From Clostridia bacterium (GTDB lineage Bacteria > Bacillota > Clostridia > Christensenellales > CAG-138), in contig JAFXSG010000004.1 in NCBI GenBank assembly GCA_017525875.1, forward strand, positions 76,738-140,737: a DNA stretch of 64,000 nt. The letters run 5' to 3'. The notes beneath the pieces are model-generated. The model was not told the origin of the DNA. It searched no databases and worked only from the letters and a program-made list of their open reading frames with translations. This document shows positions 7,466 to 16,934 of this stretch, piece after piece; within the stretch, counting starts at the first letter, position 1; every line of letters starts with the position of its first letter. The position numbers and the translations under genes were made by a program.

Positions 7466-8575
7466 TCATTTATCCTGCAGCATGCGGATCATACCGAGCT
7501 TCGCGCTCTTCACGAGCAGCTTGAGTGCGAAAGTCATGTCCTTGCGGGTCTGCTCGTCCATCGTGCGCACGGAGCTCCACAGCTTTTTGAAGCTCGAATA
7601 CTTGTTTTCGTTGAGCTCGCGGATGGTCGCGGCGTCGGTCGTGAGAAGCAGCTGATACACCGCGTCAATGAACTTCTCGCGGCGCTGGCGGTTCATGCTG
7701 TTCATCCATGCCTTGAGCGTGTAGTCGATGAAGCGGCTGGATGAGGTGACGGATTCGAGGCGGATGAACCCGTCCCGCGTGAGCTCCCACGAGGTCGGAT
7801 CGTGCTGCATGACGTTCTTGTTCGTGCTGCGCACGACCGTGTATTTTTCCTCGTGCTCGAGCAGCATGCCCACGACCGAGCTTTGCGGAACGAGCGTGTT
7901 CACGTGCGCGCAGATGCGCTGATAGCCGGGGGAGAGCACGACCGTGTCCGTGAAGCCCGGCCCGTCGTAGTTGTAGACGAGGCCGATGCGGTCCTGGATC
8001 GCCTTATCGCAGTACGAAGCGGCGTAGACCGCCAAATTGCCGCCCTTGGAATGCCCTGCGACTGTCAGGCGGTAATCCGGCTCGAGCTGCGAGATGATCT
8101 CCGCCGCGCCGGCAAGGTAGCGCACCGCCTGCTCCTGCGCCGGGACGGGAGTGGTGAAGCTCATGTTCAGGTTTTCCTTCCAGCCGACGAGCGTGCTGTC
8201 CGTCCCGCGGTAGGAGCAGCAAAACGACTTTTCGTCGATGCGGAAGCTGACGGCGGCGAACTGGGTCTCGCTCTCCTTGTCGAACACGTTCACGTAGTCG
8301 AACGCCAGAACGGCGGCATACCGCTCGCAGCCACGGAGCGCGGTCAGCAGGTCGAACGCGTTTTTCGTCAGCCTGACGCTGCCCTTTTCGTGCTGCCCGA
8401 GGAGTGCGTCGCAGATCGCCGGGATCGGGACCGGGCTGCTCCCGCCCTGAAGGGCCAGGCCGTCGAGAGGGAGATACGCGAGCCGCGCGAGGACCATTCC
8501 GTCGATCTCGTTGAAAGGGGAATGCGTGAAGGGGATATCCCCGCGCCACGCCAGATAATCATAAACGTTTGCCAT
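7466..8575 (-). CDS. DUF2974 / Mbeg1-like alpha/beta-hydrolase (lipase-like)
   Basis: Start at MANVYDYLAWRGDIPF. Nucleophile elbow GHSKGGNLAVYAA. Family assigned by resemblance only. Confidence 0.65.
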   Translation of the reverse strand: MANVYDYLAWRGDIPFTHSPFNEIDGMVLARLAYLPLDGLALQGGSSPVPIPAICDALLGQHEKGSVRLTKNAFDLLTALRGCERYAAVLAFDYVNVFDKESETQFAAVSFRIDEKSFCCSYRGTDSTLVGWKENLNMSFTTPVPAQEQAVRYLAGAAEIISQLEPDYRLTVAGHSKGGNLAVYAASYCDKAIQDRIGLVYNYDGPGFTDTVVLSPGYQRICAHVNTLVPQSSVVGMLLEHEEKYTVVRSTNKNVMQHDPTSWELTRDGFIRLESVTSSSRFIDYTLKAWMNSMNRQRREKFIDAVYQLLLTTDAATIRELNENKYSSFKKLWSSVRTMDEQTRKDMTFALKLLVKSAKLGMIRMLQDK

Positions 8576-8835
8576 TCTGCCCTCCGCCCGCATGCGGGCA
8601 ATTTAAGGATCCCTGCTATTATACCACGCTTTTTGCGGATTTGACAGGCAAAACGTGCATGACCGCTCCCGTTTCCCAACGGGAAACCGTATTAAGCCTC
8701 CGCGGACCTTTTGATTTTTCGCCGCGGCAGGGGGAAAGCACCCCGAAAAAAGCGCTGTGTCCAAGTTTTCCTCCGCGGAATACTGTAAAGGTATGGACGG
8801 GGCTTCCCTTCATTTTGCCCCGCAAGGAGGTTGCC

Positions 8836-9696
8836 ATGGAGGAATTTGCAGGCTATCCCGGGGCGGTCGGCCCCGATATAAAGGAGGATGAGACGGTGCG
8901 GGCAGTCGCGGAGCTGCGCGGCGCAAGCCTCATATACCACGAAAAGCGGGGCGAGACGGCGGCTGTGGAGAACGTTTCGCTCGCGGTCGGCAAGGGGGAG
9001 TTCGTTTCGCTCGTCGGCCCGTCGGGCTGCGGCAAGACGAGCATACTTTCGATGCTTGCGGGCCTTGCGGAGCCAAGCCGCGGCGAGGCGCTGGTGCTCG
9101 GCGCGAGGCCGGATCCGCGGACGAACGCGACGGGTTATATGCTGCAGCGCGATCATCTGCTGGACTGGAGAACGATCGAGGACAATATCATGCTCGGGCT
9201 CGAGGTCAAGGGAAGGCTGAACGACGAGACCCGCGCCTACGCGCTCGAGCTGCTCGATATGTGCGGGCTGACCGATTTCCGCCGGCATTACCCGCGCCAG
9301 CTCTCGGGCGGCATGCGGCAGAAGACGGCGCTCGTGCGGACGCTCGCGTTTTCGCCGGAGCTCTTGCTGCTCGACGAGCCGTTTTCCGCGCTCGATTATC
9401 AGACGCGCTTACTGCTCGCAAACGAGGTGCACGGCATCATCAAGCGGGGCGGCTACACCGCCGTGCTCGTCACGCACGATATCTCGGAGGCGATCGCGAT
9501 GAGCGACCGCATCCTCGTATTCACCCCGCGCCCGGCAAGGCTCAGGCGGGAGATCAGGGTCGGGCAGGAGCTCCTGCGGGACGCGGAGGGGAGGCTCCTC
9601 ACGCCTTTTGAGCGCAGGAACCGCGCGGGCTTCAACGAATACTTCGACCTTGTCTGGAGCGAACTCGAAGGGGGCGTCGGCGATGGCGTCGAATAA
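8836..9696 (+). CDS. ABC transporter ATP-binding protein (NitT/TauT, SsuB/TauB-like)
   Basis: ATG 8836 after AAGGAGG. Walker A GPSGCGKTS, signature LSGGMRQK, Walker B LLLLDEPFSALD. The track ORF from 8569 is an over-extension. Confidence 0.88.
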   Translation: MEEFAGYPGAVGPDIKEDETVRAVAELRGASLIYHEKRGETAAVENVSLAVGKGEFVSLVGPSGCGKTSILSMLAGLAEPSRGEALVLGARPDPRTNATGYMLQRDHLLDWRTIEDNIMLGLEVKGRLNDETRAYALELLDMCGLTDFRRHYPRQLSGGMRQKTALVRTLAFSPELLLLDEPFSALDYQTRLLLANEVHGIIKRGGYTAVLVTHDISEAIAMSDRILVFTPRPARLRREIRVGQELLRDAEGRLLTPFERRNRAGFNEYFDLVWSELEGGVGDGVE

Positions 9697-10516
9697 GGAA
9701 CGGAGGACGGCCGGCACGGCGTCAAAGGAGCATATCGCCTATCTCAGGGCCCTGAAGAAGCATAACCGGTTCATTATCGCGATGCAGCTTTCGATCCTGA
9801 TCGCGTTCATCCTGCTCTGGGAAGGGGCGGCAAGGCTCGGGCTCGTCAACACCTTCATCTTTTCATGCCCGTCAAGGATGGCGGCGACGGTCCTGCGGCT
9901 GAACGCGGAGGGAAAGCTCTTCTATCACATCGGAGTGACGATGCTCGAGACAGTGCTCGGCTTCACGATAGGCACGGCCGCCGGGACGCTGATCGCGGCG
10001 CTCCTCTGGTGGAGCAGGACGCTTTCGAGGATCCTCGACCCCTATATGGTGGTGCTGAACGCGCTGCCGAAGATCGCGCTCGGGCCGATCCTGATCGTCT
10101 GGGTAGGCTCCGGCATGAAGGCGATCGTGGTGATGGCGCTGCTCGTTTCCACGATCGTGACTGTCATGACCGTGCTCACGGGCTTCAACGAGATCACCGG
10201 CGAAAAACAGCTGCTGATGAAGACGCTCGGCGCGACGAAGCTGCAGTCGTTTACAAAGGTAGTGCTGCCCGCGTCCGTGCCGACGGTCATCTCAGCGCTC
10301 AAGCTCTCCGTGGGCATGAGCTGGGTCGGCGTCATCGTGGGCGAATACCTCGTTTCGAAGGCGGGGCTCGGGTATCTTATCGTGTACGGCGGGCAGGTGT
10401 TCAAACTCGATCTCGTGATGGCGTCCGTCGCGGTGCTTCTTTTGCTTGCGGCGCTGATGTATTACGCGGTCGCGGCGGCGGAAAAGCGGCTGCTCGCAAA
10501 GCGCGGAGAGGGCTGA
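9683..10516 (+). CDS. ABC transporter permease (NitT/TauT family)
   Basis: ATG 9683 (preceded by GAAGGGGG) overlaps the ATPase stop. Polytopic membrane protein. No substrate-binding protein gene is adjacent. Confidence 0.8.
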   Translation: MASNKERRTAGTASKEHIAYLRALKKHNRFIIAMQLSILIAFILLWEGAARLGLVNTFIFSCPSRMAATVLRLNAEGKLFYHIGVTMLETVLGFTIGTAAGTLIAALLWWSRTLSRILDPYMVVLNALPKIALGPILIVWVGSGMKAIVVMALLVSTIVTVMTVLTGFNEITGEKQLLMKTLGATKLQSFTKVVLPASVPTVISALKLSVGMSWVGVIVGEYLVSKAGLGYLIVYGGQVFKLDLVMASVAVLLLLAALMYYAVAAAEKRLLAKRGEG

Positions 10517-10593
10517 ACGGCTCGGTTGTTTACAAAAGGAGCGGAATATGGTATCATATCTTAATAAACCCAACAAAAAAACGGAGGAAAACC

Positions 10594-11523
10594 ATGATCG
10601 CTCCGGAAGCAGTATTGAACGAAGTAAAAAAAGCGATCGTCGGCAAGGACGAAGTTATCGCGATGGCGCTGATCGCTATCATAGCGCGCGGGCATATCCT
10701 GCTCGAGGATATCCCGGGCGTGGGAAAAACGACGATGGCGGTCGCGTTCAGCAAAGCGCTCGGCCTCGATTACAAGCGCGTCCAGTTCACGCCGGACGTT
10801 CTGCCGTCGGACATCGTGGGCTTTTCGCTGCTCGACAAGGCGACCGGCGAAATGATCTACAAGCCCGGCGCCATCCTTTGCAACCTCTTCCTTGCGGACG
10901 AGCTGAACCGCGCCACGAGCCGCACCCAGTCCGCGCTGCTGGAGGCAATGGAGGAGGGCCGCGTGACCGTCGACGGCATAACGCACCCGGTGCCCGATCC
11001 GTTCATCGTCATCGCCACGCAGAACCCGGCCGGGTCGAGCGGCACGCAGCTGCTGCCCGAATCGCAGATGGACCGCTTTATGGTCAGGCTGTCCCTCGGC
11101 TATCCGACCCCGGAGGCGGAGCTCGATCTGCTTGAGCGCAAGCAGAAGGGCAGCATGATGGACGCCGTGAACTGCATTGCGGACAGGGGCGAGCTTGCGG
11201 CGATCCGCGCGCAGGCGGACAGCGTTTTTGTGGATAAGAAGATCTTCGATTACGCCGTCAAGCTTTCGATCGCGTCCCGCGGCAACAGATCGGTGCTGCA
11301 CGGGGCCAGCCCCCGCGCGACCATCGCCGTGATATCCATGGCAAAGGCCGCCGCGTGGATGAACGGGCGGGACTACGTCATCCCCGCCGACGTCAAATAC
11401 ATCTACCCCGCGACGATCACCCACAGGCTTTTGCTCACCCCCGAGGCAAAAGCGGCCGGCAAAACAGCGGAAGGCCTGCTCACCGAGATCCTCTCCGCCG
11501 TGACCGCGCCGGCAATCAGGTGA
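10594..11523 (+). CDS. MoxR-family AAA+ ATPase
   Basis: ATG 10594 after ACGGAGGAAAACC. Walker A GVGKTT, Walker B LFLADELNR, and QSALLEAMEEGRVTVDG. The 552-aa track ORF is an over-extension. Confidence 0.9.
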   Translation: MIAPEAVLNEVKKAIVGKDEVIAMALIAIIARGHILLEDIPGVGKTTMAVAFSKALGLDYKRVQFTPDVLPSDIVGFSLLDKATGEMIYKPGAILCNLFLADELNRATSRTQSALLEAMEEGRVTVDGITHPVPDPFIVIATQNPAGSSGTQLLPESQMDRFMVRLSLGYPTPEAELDLLERKQKGSMMDAVNCIADRGELAAIRAQADSVFVDKKIFDYAVKLSIASRGNRSVLHGASPRATIAVISMAKAAAWMNGRDYVIPADVKYIYPATITHRLLLTPEAKAAGKTAEGLLTEILSAVTAPAIR

Positions 11524-12476
11524 TGAAGGCGCGGAGGATAACCTATCTGGCGCTGCTCGCAGTGGCAGCCTTGCTTCACTTTGCCTATGGGCAGTATGTA
11601 ACCAATTACATGCTGCTCTTTTTGCTGCTCACGCCGGTGCTTTCCGTGCTGCTCAGCCTGCCCGCGGCGCTCACCGCCAGGGCGGAGCTCACCGGAGGAG
11701 GGGACGTTTGCCGCGGAAGGCCGAGCCACGTCCGCCTCACGGTCATGAGCCGCGGGATCCTTCCCCCGGAGGCGTGGAGCATAAAGCTCAAGGCACACAA
11801 CCTCTTTACGGGCAGCGATACGAACCCGCAAAAGGTCAGCCTCGGCAGCGAATGGGACGCCGAGCGGGAGTTCACCGTGGACACCTTCGATATCGGCTGC
11901 GTCCGCTGGCAGATCGCGCACGCGTGGATCTTCGATTACCTCGGCCTTATCCCGATCCCCGTTAAAAAGGGCGGAGCCGTGAGCGTGACCGTGTTCCCGG
12001 ACAAAGTCAAGCCCCTTGTTGAGCCCGATCTCGTCGGGCGGTCCGCCCGCGCGCTGAGGCCGAAGCCCCAGGGCTTTTCGGAGGAGCACGAGCTGAGGAC
12101 CTATAAAGAGGGCGATCCGCTGAACCTTATCCACTGGAAGCTCTCCAGCAAATACGACGAATACATCGTGCGCGAACCGCAGGAGGTCGTCCGGCGGGAT
12201 ATCGCGCTCGTCATCTCCCCGCCCGCGCAGTACCGCGCCCACAGGAGCGTTCTCGAACAGCTCTGCTGGCTGGACGACGTGCTGCGGTCGAGCGACATCT
12301 CCTACATGCTCTATTACGGCGTGACGGTCGTGAGGATCCGCTCCGACAACGATTTTGAAGACTTTATGCGCGGCGTGCTCTCCGCTCCGATGCGCGTTGA
12401 AAACGCGCGCACTCCGGACACGGGCAGCGACGCGCTGATCTACCGCATCATGCCCGAAAGGGGGTCGGGGATATGA
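11523..12476 (+). CDS. DUF58 domain protein (MoxR partner)
   Basis: TGATG overlap with the MoxR stop. Two N-terminal TM helices. Conserved LRTYKEGDPLNLIHWKLSSKYDEYIVREPQ motif. Confidence 0.85.
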   Translation: MKARRITYLALLAVAALLHFAYGQYVTNYMLLFLLLTPVLSVLLSLPAALTARAELTGGGDVCRGRPSHVRLTVMSRGILPPEAWSIKLKAHNLFTGSDTNPQKVSLGSEWDAEREFTVDTFDIGCVRWQIAHAWIFDYLGLIPIPVKKGGAVSVTVFPDKVKPLVEPDLVGRSARALRPKPQGFSEEHELRTYKEGDPLNLIHWKLSSKYDEYIVREPQEVVRRDIALVISPPAQYRAHRSVLEQLCWLDDVLRSSDISYMLYYGVTVVRIRSDNDFEDFMRGVLSAPMRVENARTPDTGSDALIYRIMPERGSGI

Positions 12477-14731
12477 GCCGCATAAAGAAAAAGAAGCCCT
12501 GGCTCCGCATATTTTCCGAGACGCTGCTGATATCGTTCGGCGTGCTTGCCTGCGTCCTCGCGATCCCCACCTCGTTCGACGTGGCGTTCGACCTTCCTTC
12601 GGTCATCGCGGGAACGTTGATATGCGCGTTCATCGTCGCCCTGTTTCTCAATAAAGCAAAGAAAAGATGGTGGATCCCGTGCATCGTCTTTGCCGGGCTG
12701 ACAGCGCTGTTCTTCTTCGTCGGCAAGGAATCGATCACGAACGGCGCAAAGCTCGTCTGGTTCTATTCCACCAAGCTGCTGTCGCTGACGTTCTCGTTCC
12801 TGCCCACGCCCGCGGACCCGGGGGAGATCGCCTTCCCGGTATACTGCGTTACCGAATTCCTGATCTTTGAAGCGACGATCCTGGCACTGCTGATAGGCGT
12901 GCTGCTGATCGGATGCGGTTCGCCCGTCCCGGCGATCATCGTTCCTATACCGGCATTCGTGGTGAGCTTCATCTACACGGACTGCCCGCCGGCGGTCTTT
13001 GCGGTCGCTTTTCTCGTGATCTATTGGGCGGGCCTGCTCTTCGGCCGGGAGCTTTTGAAGAACAAAACCGAGGAAAAACGGGCCGGCAGGAGCAGACTGC
13101 TGTTCGTGCTGGCGCTTGCCGGTCTCGCGGCGCTCGTGACGGTGATCTCGCCCCAAAGCCGGTACAAACCTATCCCGTTTTCCGAAAGGCGGGCTTTCCT
13201 CGACACGTTCGGTTCCCTCGGCGACACGCTGCTTTCAAGGGGAACGAACAATCCCGTGGAATACAACCTGACGGGGGAGGGCGAGCGCAGCGAGGACGAG
13301 AGCGAAGCCTTTTCGGTGAACTGCTCCGAACCCGGCGTCTACCTGCTCCGCACCCATTCCTACGGCCGATACAGCGATAACATTTGGCACACCGCTCAGG
13401 ATTATACCGGCCGATGGAACTCCATGGAGGCGCTCGGCCGCACGCAGACGGGCGAGCGAGCGTCGCTGTGCATCCGCTACGCGTATATGAGCGAGCGCGT
13501 CACGCCGTACGCCTTCGTGCCGAGCGACGAGGTCACCGTTGGCGAGAGCTTCGTGCGCGCAAACGGCCGCACGGCATACGTCTGGACCATCCTTACGGGC
13601 GTCACCGATACGCCCGCCGCCCGAAACGGCGATGAGGACCAGTATTACCGTTTCGCCATATCGCACTACACCATGCCCGACGGCTCGCTGAAGCAGAGGC
13701 TGCTCTCCGTCCTTGAGGATTTGTATAAGGAGAAGATCTATAAGGAATCGATCGCCGAATGGGACTGGATGTGGTTCTCATCGAGCAGCGTGCCGCAGTC
13801 CGGTCTGCAGACCTTCAACTACATCACCCAAAGCGCTTACGACTACTTGCTCGCAAACGCAAAGAACGATCCGTACGGGACCGCGCTGCGCATTGCGGAG
13901 CTTGTGAAGGAGACCGGCACCTATTCGCTGAACCCCGGCGCGTATCCCCGCGAGGTCGATTTCGTAAAGCACTTCCTGCTTGAGAGCAAACAGGGCTACT
14001 GCGTCCATTTCGCAAGCGCGACGACCGCTCTGCTTCAGGCGATGGGCGTCCCGGCGCGCTACGTCATCGGCTACCGTGCCGACATACCGGAGGCGGATAC
14101 CTGGGTCGCGGTGCCCAGGCAGAACGCGCACGCATGGACGGAGGTCTACGTCAGGGGAGTGGGCTGGCTGCCCGTTGAGAGCAGCGCCGGCTTCCCGGAG
14201 AACGATCAGTTCCGGCATACACCGGTGGAAGCGACCCCTGCCCCGAGCGTAACGCCCGCACCCGAATACACGCTGCCGCCGTTCATAGACCGCCCGGAGA
14301 GGCCTACGGCAGCCCCCACCGAGGAGCCGACGGCGAGGCCGACGAGGGACCCGAACATCGTTCCGAGGCCCGGAAAGGACCGGGCGGCGGATCTGACGAT
14401 CATATGGCTGAGCCTGGCGCTCGCAGGGGCCGCGGGCCTGTGGCTGGCGGTAGGCGCGATCGTACGCAGGGCCAGAAAACGCCGGTTCGAAAGGGAGGAC
14501 GCGAGGGGAGCCGTGCTCGACATGCTTGAATATCTCGATTCGCTCAAGATATACGGCGCGGTCGGGCCGGACGATCCCGAAGCCCTCGCGAACGAAGCCG
14601 CGTTCTCGAACCACCCGATGACAGAGGAGCAGAAGCAGCTTCTCGAGCTCGTCCGGAAGAACAGCGCCGAACTGCTGCGTACTAGGCCCCTCAAGCGCTT
14701 CTTCCTCAAACGGATCGCGCTCAGGCTGTGA
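12473..14731 (+). CDS. Transglutaminase-domain membrane protein (TgpA-like)
   Basis: ATGA overlap with DUF58. Multiple N-terminal TM helices. Transglutaminase core QGYCVHFASA...NAHAWTEVYV. Pro/Thr-rich linker and a late TM helix. Confidence 0.85.
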   Translation: MSRIKKKKPWLRIFSETLLISFGVLACVLAIPTSFDVAFDLPSVIAGTLICAFIVALFLNKAKKRWWIPCIVFAGLTALFFFVGKESITNGAKLVWFYSTKLLSLTFSFLPTPADPGEIAFPVYCVTEFLIFEATILALLIGVLLIGCGSPVPAIIVPIPAFVVSFIYTDCPPAVFAVAFLVIYWAGLLFGRELLKNKTEEKRAGRSRLLFVLALAGLAALVTVISPQSRYKPIPFSERRAFLDTFGSLGDTLLSRGTNNPVEYNLTGEGERSEDESEAFSVNCSEPGVYLLRTHSYGRYSDNIWHTAQDYTGRWNSMEALGRTQTGERASLCIRYAYMSERVTPYAFVPSDEVTVGESFVRANGRTAYVWTILTGVTDTPAARNGDEDQYYRFAISHYTMPDGSLKQRLLSVLEDLYKEKIYKESIAEWDWMWFSSSSVPQSGLQTFNYITQSAYDYLLANAKNDPYGTALRIAELVKETGTYSLNPGAYPREVDFVKHFLLESKQGYCVHFASATTALLQAMGVPARYVIGYRADIPEADTWVAVPRQNAHAWTEVYVRGVGWLPVESSAGFPENDQFRHTPVEATPAPSVTPAPEYTLPPFIDRPERPTAAPTEEPTARPTRDPNIVPRPGKDRAADLTIIWLSLALAGAAGLWLAVGAIVRRARKRRFEREDARGAVLDMLEYLDSLKIYGAVGPDDPEALANEAAFSNHPMTEEQKQLLELVRKNSAELLRTRPLKRFFLKRIALRL

Positions 14732-14747
14732 TAAATACAAAACGAAT

Positions 14748-14780
14748 AAAGCCCGTTCCCGGTGAAGGGAGCGGGCTTTC
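14748..14780. terminator. Bidirectional hairpin between convergent genes
   Basis: GCCCGTTCCC (14751-14760) / GGGAGCGGGC (14767-14776), flanked by A-rich and T-rich runs. Confidence 0.5.
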
Positions 14781-14837
14781 GCATATTCCGTTAATGCCGG
14801 GCGGTCAAGCGGGGCCCGGGCCGAACGGGCGCGGGGA

Positions 14838-15467
14838 TCATTCCTCGGTCTCGACGTATTCGTTCTTGTCGAACATGCGGCAGATAACGTCCACGATGAG
14901 GCGGATGTCGGTGTTCGTGGTGTTGACGAGCAGGTCGTAATTGAGCTTGTCGCCCCAGGTCCTGCCGGTGTAGAATTCGTAATACTTGGCGCGGTTTTTC
15001 TCCACCTTCTGGATCTGGCGGCGGAGCTGCTTGTCGGTCAGGTTCTCCTCTTCGGGCCCCTTGAGGCGGCAGCGCTCGATCTTGGACTGCATATCGGCGA
15101 AAACGAAAAGTCGGAGCAGCTTTTTCTGGCGGAGGATATAGTCCGCGCAGCAGCCGACGATGACGCAGGGGGATTTTTCGCTCAGCTCGTTGATGATCTG
15201 CGCCTGCTCCTGGTAGATGTTCTGGCTCTGCTCCATCAGCGGATGCTGGACGGGATAGAAGCTGTGGCCGATGGTGATCGGCATCAGCGTCACCGGGCGA
15301 TGCTCCACGATCTGCTGCACGTATTCCTCCGAGAGGGAAGTGCGCTTGGAGATCTCCGCGATGATCTCATCGTCATAGTACGCAAAGCCGAGCTTTTCGG
15401 CAAGTCTTCTGCCCAGTTCGCGGCCGCCGCTGCCGAACTGCCTTGCGATCGTGATCACATTATACAT
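14838..15467 (-). CDS. Cytidylate-kinase-like family protein
   Basis: 209 aa. N-terminal P-loop-like ITIARQFGSGGRELGRRLAEKLGFAYYD, typical of the Cmk-like AAA family. Confidence 0.7.
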   Translation of the reverse strand: MYNVITIARQFGSGGRELGRRLAEKLGFAYYDDEIIAEISKRTSLSEEYVQQIVEHRPVTLMPITIGHSFYPVQHPLMEQSQNIYQEQAQIINELSEKSPCVIVGCCADYILRQKKLLRLFVFADMQSKIERCRLKGPEEENLTDKQLRRQIQKVEKNRAKYYEFYTGRTWGDKLNYDLLVNTTNTDIRLIVDVICRMFDKNEYVETEE

Positions 15468-15651
15468 AGATCCACCTCCACGGAAAATTAAGAAATCGGT
15501 CGGGCACCGTTAGTTTTTACAGATATACTATATTATACCACGCAAAGCCCGCGTTGGCAACGGTCAATTTGCACAGCGGCGGGGGCTGCTGCGGGAGCCC
15601 CTGCGCGCGATTTGCGCGGTCTGAGCAAACGCGGCAAAAATGCCCGATTTC

Positions 15652-15681
15652 TTGACAGGATGCGCCTGCTGCGGTTATAAT
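15652..15681 (+). promoter_or_regulatory. Sigma-A type promoter for the lipoprotein gene
   Basis: TTGACA (15652-15657), 18-nt spacer, TATAAT (15676-15681). Confidence 0.65.
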
Positions 15682-15730
15682 GAGACCGGTACCGGCGCAG
15701 CCGGGCATTTCAACCGGAGGTAAAACAAAA

Positions 15731-16426
15731 ATGAAAAAAACCAGCATCATCCGCCTTGCCGCGCTCGTTATCGCGGTGCTGACGGCGATCGCCCTTTTCG
15801 CGGGCTGCACCAAGAAGGTCACCGACGCCGAGCGCATCATCGGCAGGTGGGAGACCGAGTTCGATGCTTCAAAGGCAGCGCAGGAAGCGCTTGAGACCGA
15901 AGGCGAGACCTATAAAGACGTCACTTTTTCCGATCTCATGATCAAGCTGCAGATCGAGTTCAGGGAGGATGGCACCTATTCCTCCGCGATCGATCAGGAC
16001 AGCGCGAAGGCCGCGATCGATAAGCTCGGCGAGCAGATGGTCCCCATGATCCGCCAGATCTTCACCGCGCAGATAGCGGAAGCGCTCGAGGTCGATCCGG
16101 AGACCCTCACCGACGACGACGTCCTGCCCTACCTCGCCATGTTTGGCATCACCTCGTATGAGGACTTCGCAAAGATGCTCACGGACGAAATGAAGCCCGA
16201 GGAAATCGTTGAGGACGCGAACATGAGCGGCAAGTATATGCTCAAGGACGGCAAGCTCTATATGAGCACTGCTGCCGATGAGGAAGCCACCGAGGAAAGC
16301 GACGCGAACGCCTATGAGTTCACCGAGGACGGCAAGCTCAAGCTCGACGCCGCGGAGGGCGTCGACGTTCCGGAGGGCATGGAGGACCTGCTCCCGCTGA
16401 CCTTCACCAAGCTCGTTGAAGAATAA
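15731..16426 (+). CDS. Acidic lipoprotein, function unknown
   Basis: Start at MKKTSIIRLAALVIAVLTAIALFAGC (signal peptide plus lipobox LFAGC). D/E-rich mature part. Confidence 0.75.
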   Translation: MKKTSIIRLAALVIAVLTAIALFAGCTKKVTDAERIIGRWETEFDASKAAQEALETEGETYKDVTFSDLMIKLQIEFREDGTYSSAIDQDSAKAAIDKLGEQMVPMIRQIFTAQIAEALEVDPETLTDDDVLPYLAMFGITSYEDFAKMLTDEMKPEEIVEDANMSGKYMLKDGKLYMSTAADEEATEESDANAYEFTEDGKLKLDAAEGVDVPEGMEDLLPLTFTKLVEE

Positions 16427-16442
16427 ATCGCCAAGGCGCCGC

Positions 16443-16475
16443 ACGCCGCCCGCACTCAAGCGGACGGCGTTTTTC
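16443..16475 (+). terminator. Rho-independent terminator after the lipoprotein gene
   Basis: ACGCCGCCCGC / GCGGACGGCGT stem (one mismatch), then TTTTT. Confidence 0.65.
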
Positions 16476-16588
16476 GTATCCGGACGCGAAAAACGTAGCG
16501 TTGTTTCGAAAAGTCAATCATTTCAAGCATAATTTGAACGGATAATGACAAAAAAACGCACATAAAAGCCGAAAAGTTCAAATAGGAT

Positions 16589-16617
16589 TTGCATTTTTTG
16601 AAAATGTGTGTTACAAT
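16589..16617 (+). promoter_or_regulatory. Near-consensus extended -10 promoter
   Basis: TTGCAT (16589-16594), 17-nt spacer, TGtTACAAT (16609-16617). Confidence 0.7.
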
Positions 16618-16934
16618 AGGAAATTGGAAGGCTGTTTCCATTTGCGTCGGGAAGGTGAAACCGGCTCGAAAGGACGCTTTCCGCGGCGGAACGCTGCCGC
16701 CCGGGAATAGCCCGGGCGAGGTTTCCGAAGGCCCGGTGAAACCTTCGGGACACGCAAATACCGCGTTCCGCAGCCTGTATGCCGCAGGCAACTCAAACGG
16801 AACAGCATCCGCGCCCCGGCGCCGGCCGCTACAGCCGGCAGGGCGGGGGAACGGATGCGCGAGGCAAGCCCGATACCGGGCAGCCGCCTCGGGGAGCATG
16901 CTCCCGGGTTCCGCAGAAACCGAAAGGAGGCAGT
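16618..16934 (+). promoter_or_regulatory. Long GC-rich structured 5' leader; candidate riboswitch (c-di-AMP/ydaO class suspected, unverified)
   Basis: About 315 nt between the promoter and the RBS, with many nested stems (GCGTC..GACGC, CCCGGG..CCCGGG, CATCCG..CGGATG, GGGAGCATGCTCCC). GGTGAAACC occurs twice. CCCGATACCGGGCAGCCGCCTCGGGGAGC (16869-16897) resembles my memory of the ydaO 3' consensus. Confidence 0.3.

Noticed and set aside
9865-10593. N-terminal extensions of track ORFs: MoxR 552 aa (9865-10593), feoB 715 aa (extension 5143-5394), CotH 1125 aa (extension 27469-27768), ABC ATPase from 8569, ftsK from 46605, glgA from 21531
   Set aside because: The extensions overlap upstream genes or promoters, lack an RBS and are compositionally non-coding. 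Internal starts with good Shine-Dalgarno sequences and family-typical N-termini were chosen instead.
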